Origin: Alphaproteobacteria bacterium
Lineage (GTDB): Bacteria > Pseudomonadota > Alphaproteobacteria > CAAHEQ01 > UBA3637
Assembly: GCA_017539265.1 (NCBI GenBank)
Contig: JAFYHG010000008.1
Location: 67,354-131,353, forward strand
DNA: 64,000 bases
Direction of reading: 5' to 3'
Part shown: positions 61,323 to 64,000 of the stretch, in pieces
How the letters are laid out: each line of letters opens with the position of its first letter
Position numbering within the stretch: position 1 is the stretch's first letter
Translations under genes and position numbers: made by a program
Notes under the pieces: generated by a model
Database searches by the model: none
The model's input: the letters and a program-made list of their open reading frames with translations, nothing else
What the model was told of the DNA's origin: nothing

Positions 61323-62123
61323 ATGAAACATTCTATTATATGCTTATTAACGGGATTACTGCTTTCTTTTTCGGCATTTGCGGAAGACGCCGCAACGAAA
61401 GAGGTTGCGTCCAAGGATGTATCTTGGCCTACCGTTCAAAATTTGAAAGAAAAAGACCCCAATGCCGCCAACGTCTACGACAGGCCCTATTCCTTAACGG
61501 AAAATAAGGTTGATACAAAACTGTTGCTTCAAAACACCGGCGGTTTGGTGGGGCTCAGTGTCGTTACCATGGGCCTTTTATACATCGCCCCGTCTAGTTT
61601 TACCAACTGGGATGATGAAGATCGCAAACACCCCCTATCCAAATGGTGGGATAACGTTTCACGTGCCCCTGTTTGGGATAAGGATGACTTTTTCCTAAAC
61701 TATGTCACACATCCGTATGCCGGCGCTGTTTATTACATGGGTGCCCGTTCGGCCGGTGCCAATGCGGGTTATTCGTTTTTGTATTCATTTGCACTTTCCA
61801 CCTTTTTCTGGGAATGTGGTATAGAGGCTTTGGCCGAACGTCCCTCTATTCAAGATTTAATCGTTACCCCCGTCTTCGGGGCCATCTTCGGTGAAGGATT
61901 TTATCAGGCCAAAAGGCATATCGTAGACAATAACCGTGAATTATTGGGTTCTCGTATTTTGGGTCAAACTACCATCTTTTTGATGGACCCTTTAACTGAG
62001 ATGAGTGAATTTTTCTTTGCCGATAAGCCCGAAGAAAAACAAAAATTCTCCTTTTCTTCTCAACCGTTCGTATCCAAAAACAATTCTTTCGGATATGGAC
62101 TTAGGATGACCTATCACTTCTAA
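61323..62123 (+). CDS. Secreted hypothetical protein (DUF3943-like)
   Basis: Start moved to MKHSIICLLTGLLLSFSAFA (signal peptide). The WDKDDFFLNYVTHPYAGAVYYMGARSAG segment resembles the DUF3943 core as I recall it. Confidence 0.55.
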   Translation: MKHSIICLLTGLLLSFSAFAEDAATKEVASKDVSWPTVQNLKEKDPNAANVYDRPYSLTENKVDTKLLLQNTGGLVGLSVVTMGLLYIAPSSFTNWDDEDRKHPLSKWWDNVSRAPVWDKDDFFLNYVTHPYAGAVYYMGARSAGANAGYSFLYSFALSTFFWECGIEALAERPSIQDLIVTPVFGAIFGEGFYQAKRHIVDNNRELLGSRILGQTTIFLMDPLTEMSEFFFADKPEEKQKFSFSSQPFVSKNNSFGYGLRMTYHF

Positions 62124-63049
62124 CCGATTAGCATTCGCTTGGCCGATAGGGCTGCCCGACATCCCGCTGCCGCGGCAATAACGGCCTGCTGATACGATTG
62201 TTCTTGTACATCACCGCAAGCAAAAACTCCCCGCACAGATGTTTCCAATGTTTCCGGCTTTGTTACAATATACCCATCCGGCGTCAAGTCCAGTTGTTTT
62301 TGAAATAATTGCGTATTCGGTATACGCCCCACCGCTTCAAAAACACCGGCCACAAACAACTTTGTTACCAAATTTGTTTTTTTATTTTTAATCACGATAT
62401 CACTTAATTTTTTATCGCCTTCAAACGCCAACACTTCCGTTTCCGCAAGGATTTGAATATTTTGTTTTCCTTTGATTTTTCTTAAAAGTATTTCTTCGGC
62501 TCTCAATGCTTTTTCCGTATGAATTAAATAAACTTTCTCGCACATTTTTGCCAGAAATAAAGATTCATAAGCCGCCGAGTTTCCACCCCCGATAACGGCA
62601 ACCTGCTTGTTTTTAAATAGCGGCCCATCGCATGTTGCACAAACAGAAATCCCATGCCCGATTAGGCGACTTTCCCCCTGTATTCCCATCCATTTTGCCG
62701 AAGCCCCCGTGGCAATAATCACACTATCCGCCTCTATTTTCAGGCCTGTACTCGTCCGCACAATGAACGGCAGCCGTTCCCAATAAACCTGTTCGGCTTG
62801 CTCATAAATCAATTTTGCCCCTGCTTTTTCGGCCTGCCGGATCAGTTTTTCCGTTAAATCCAATCCAGATATACCGACCTCCCCCGGAAAATTATCGATT
62901 TCATCCGTCAGGATTAGTTGTCCCCCAGGACAAATTCCCATCAACATTGTTGTCTTAAACCCGGCCGACGCGGCATAAAGCGCCGCCGTACAACCGGCTG
63001 GTCCCGATCCCAAAATCAAAATTTGAGTTTGCATTGTTTTCTCCTCCAA
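62120..63049 (-). CDS. trxB: Thioredoxin-disulfide reductase
   Basis: FAD motif ILGSGPAGCTAALYAA, redox-active CATCDG, NADPH motif VIGGGNSAAYE. Confidence 0.95.
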   Translation of the reverse strand: MEEKTMQTQILILGSGPAGCTAALYAASAGFKTTMLMGICPGGQLILTDEIDNFPGEVGISGLDLTEKLIRQAEKAGAKLIYEQAEQVYWERLPFIVRTSTGLKIEADSVIIATGASAKWMGIQGESRLIGHGISVCATCDGPLFKNKQVAVIGGGNSAAYESLFLAKMCEKVYLIHTEKALRAEEILLRKIKGKQNIQILAETEVLAFEGDKKLSDIVIKNKKTNLVTKLFVAGVFEAVGRIPNTQLFQKQLDLTPDGYIVTKPETLETSVRGVFACGDVQEQSYQQAVIAAAAGCRAALSAKRMLIG

Positions 63050-63069
63050 TGCAAACCATATAGGGTGCG

Positions 63070-63546
63070 TTAGATATATTTTACAGAGAGAATTTCATAA
63101 GATTTTTCACCGCGGGGAGTATTCACTTCCACAATATCCCCCAATTCTTTCCCGATTAAGGCTTTCGCCAGCGGTGATAACAGGGAAATCAATCCCTTTT
63201 CCAAATTAGCCTCATATTGGCCGACAATTTGATAGGTTGATTCTTCTTCGGTATCCGCATCGGACAATTTTACCGTCGCCCCAAAAAGGACCTTGTCTCC
63301 CGATAAAGCAGCCGTATCAATCACTTGCGCATGGGAAAGAGCGCCTTCCAATTCTTGGATGCGCCCTTCAATAAAGGATTGTTGTTCCCGTGCCGAATGG
63401 TATTCCGCATTTTCGGATAAATCGCCATGACCGCGTGCTTCTTCAATAGCGGCAACAATGCGCGGCCGTTCTTCAAACTTCAAATGTTTCAATTCATCAT
63501 TCAGGTTTTGATATCCCTGTTTTGTCATAGGCACTTTTTCTTCCAT
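63070..63546 (-). CDS. greA: Transcription elongation factor GreA
   Basis: [28 protein letters not shown] coiled-coil signature. C-terminal [18 protein letters not shown]. Confidence 0.96.
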   Translation of the reverse strand: MEEKVPMTKQGYQNLNDELKHLKFEERPRIVAAIEEARGHGDLSENAEYHSAREQQSFIEGRIQELEGALSHAQVIDTAALSGDKVLFGATVKLSDADTEEESTYQIVGQYEANLEKGLISLLSPLAKALIGKELGDIVEVNTPRGEKSYEILSVKYI

Positions 63547-63692
63547 AGCGTTTATCCTTTCAAAAGTGTTTTAAAAAAGAACCACCGCACAAATGCGCGG
63601 TAGAATGATTATTTTATGGAAAGAATATAACACGAAAAAAAACAAAAATCAAGCTTTTTTTCGGAAAAAATCACCGTTTACGGTATCACGCC

Positions 63693-63721
63693 TTGATTTA
63701 CTAAATAAATCCTGTTATAAT
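63693..63721 (+). promoter_or_regulatory. Near-consensus sigma70 promoter divergent from greA
   Basis: TTGATT-17 nt-TATAAT, followed 14 nt later by GGAGGG and the ATG at 63742. Confidence 0.55.
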
Positions 63722-63741
63722 GGAAAAAGTGGAGGGAACAA

Positions 63742-63966
63742 ATGTCGACTTTTGTTGATGAATTAAAGCGCGAACATCGCCTCAGATATCGTTACATATT
63801 GGCCACGGATATCCAAAGAATACGGAATCGCGTGCTCAGGCATAACCGGATAGATGCCGAACCGCCCTCGGAACCCATACTCATATCCAAATTTGCTTTA
63901 CATCCGGGGCGAAAAACAACCAAAAATATTCCCCTTCCGCACTCCCCTTTGCACGAAAGAACTTAG
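63742..63966 (+). CDS. Questionable small Arg-rich ORF (74 aa)
   Basis: It has a good promoter and RBS, but the composition is odd (RLRYRYILATDIQRIRNRVLRHNR) and it overlaps an alternative minus-strand reading frame entering from the window edge. Confidence 0.3.
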   Translation: MSTFVDELKREHRLRYRYILATDIQRIRNRVLRHNRIDAEPPSEPILISKFALHPGRKTTKNIPLPHSPLHERT

Positions 63967-64000
63967 TTTCCTCAGATACTTTAACTTTTTGATTGAAATA
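63881..64000 (-). CDS. Possible 3' end of a minus-strand gene that starts beyond the window
   Basis: My manual translation of the minus strand from 64000 is open for 39 codons (YFNQKVKVSEETKFFRAKGSAEGEYFWLFFAPDVKQIWI, then stop). It is absent from the ORF track because no start codon lies inside the window. Confidence 0.3.
   Translation of the reverse strand, partial: YFNQKVKVSEETKFFRAKGSAEGEYFWLFFAPDVKQIWI

Overview
This is a 64-kb chromosomal segment from a Gram-negative bacterium. Gene order looks proteobacterial, possibly alphaproteobacterial, and the ORFan and eukaryote-like content hints at a host-associated lifestyle; both points are inference. Most of the window is housekeeping. It holds a 5'-truncated LplT-Aas lipid-remodelling fusion and a tight three-gene operon (hydrolase lipoprotein, ELM1-like protein, orphan DNA methyltransferase). 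It also has two divergent tRNAs, Leu-CAG and Arg-CCG. A long minus-strand dcw cell-division cluster runs rsmH-ftsL-ftsI-murE/murF-mraY-ftsW-murG-murC-murB-ddl-ftsQ-ftsA-ftsZ, followed by rsmB and cdnL. Other housekeeping genes are mscS, mazEF, rsmE, ftsY, mtaB, trxB and greA. The standout feature is one 14.5-kb ORF (5961..20447) driven by a perfect consensus sigma70 promoter. It encodes a roughly 4,800-aa autotransporter. Its passenger combines eukaryote-type EGF-like modules, a large array of Cys-rich ~36-aa repeats, six ~1.2-2.4-kb super-repeats built from a GNVYG-type beta-solenoid unit with conserved Asp-rich loops, and a C-terminal beta-barrel. Several secondary items also deserve a look:
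- a four-gene ORFan cassette behind a PHP phosphoesterase gene, with a duplicated intergenic junction
- a membrane/HEAT/cNMP-binding locus that looks split by a frameshift plus a stop codon
- a fused murE-murF in a dcw cluster that lacks murD and mraZ
- two unusual PP2C (SpoIIE-type) signalling proteins
- a mazEF pair translationally coupled to a coiled-coil membrane protein
I found no rRNA, CRISPR array, transposase or integrase. All family assignments rest on motifs read by eye and need HMM or BLAST confirmation.
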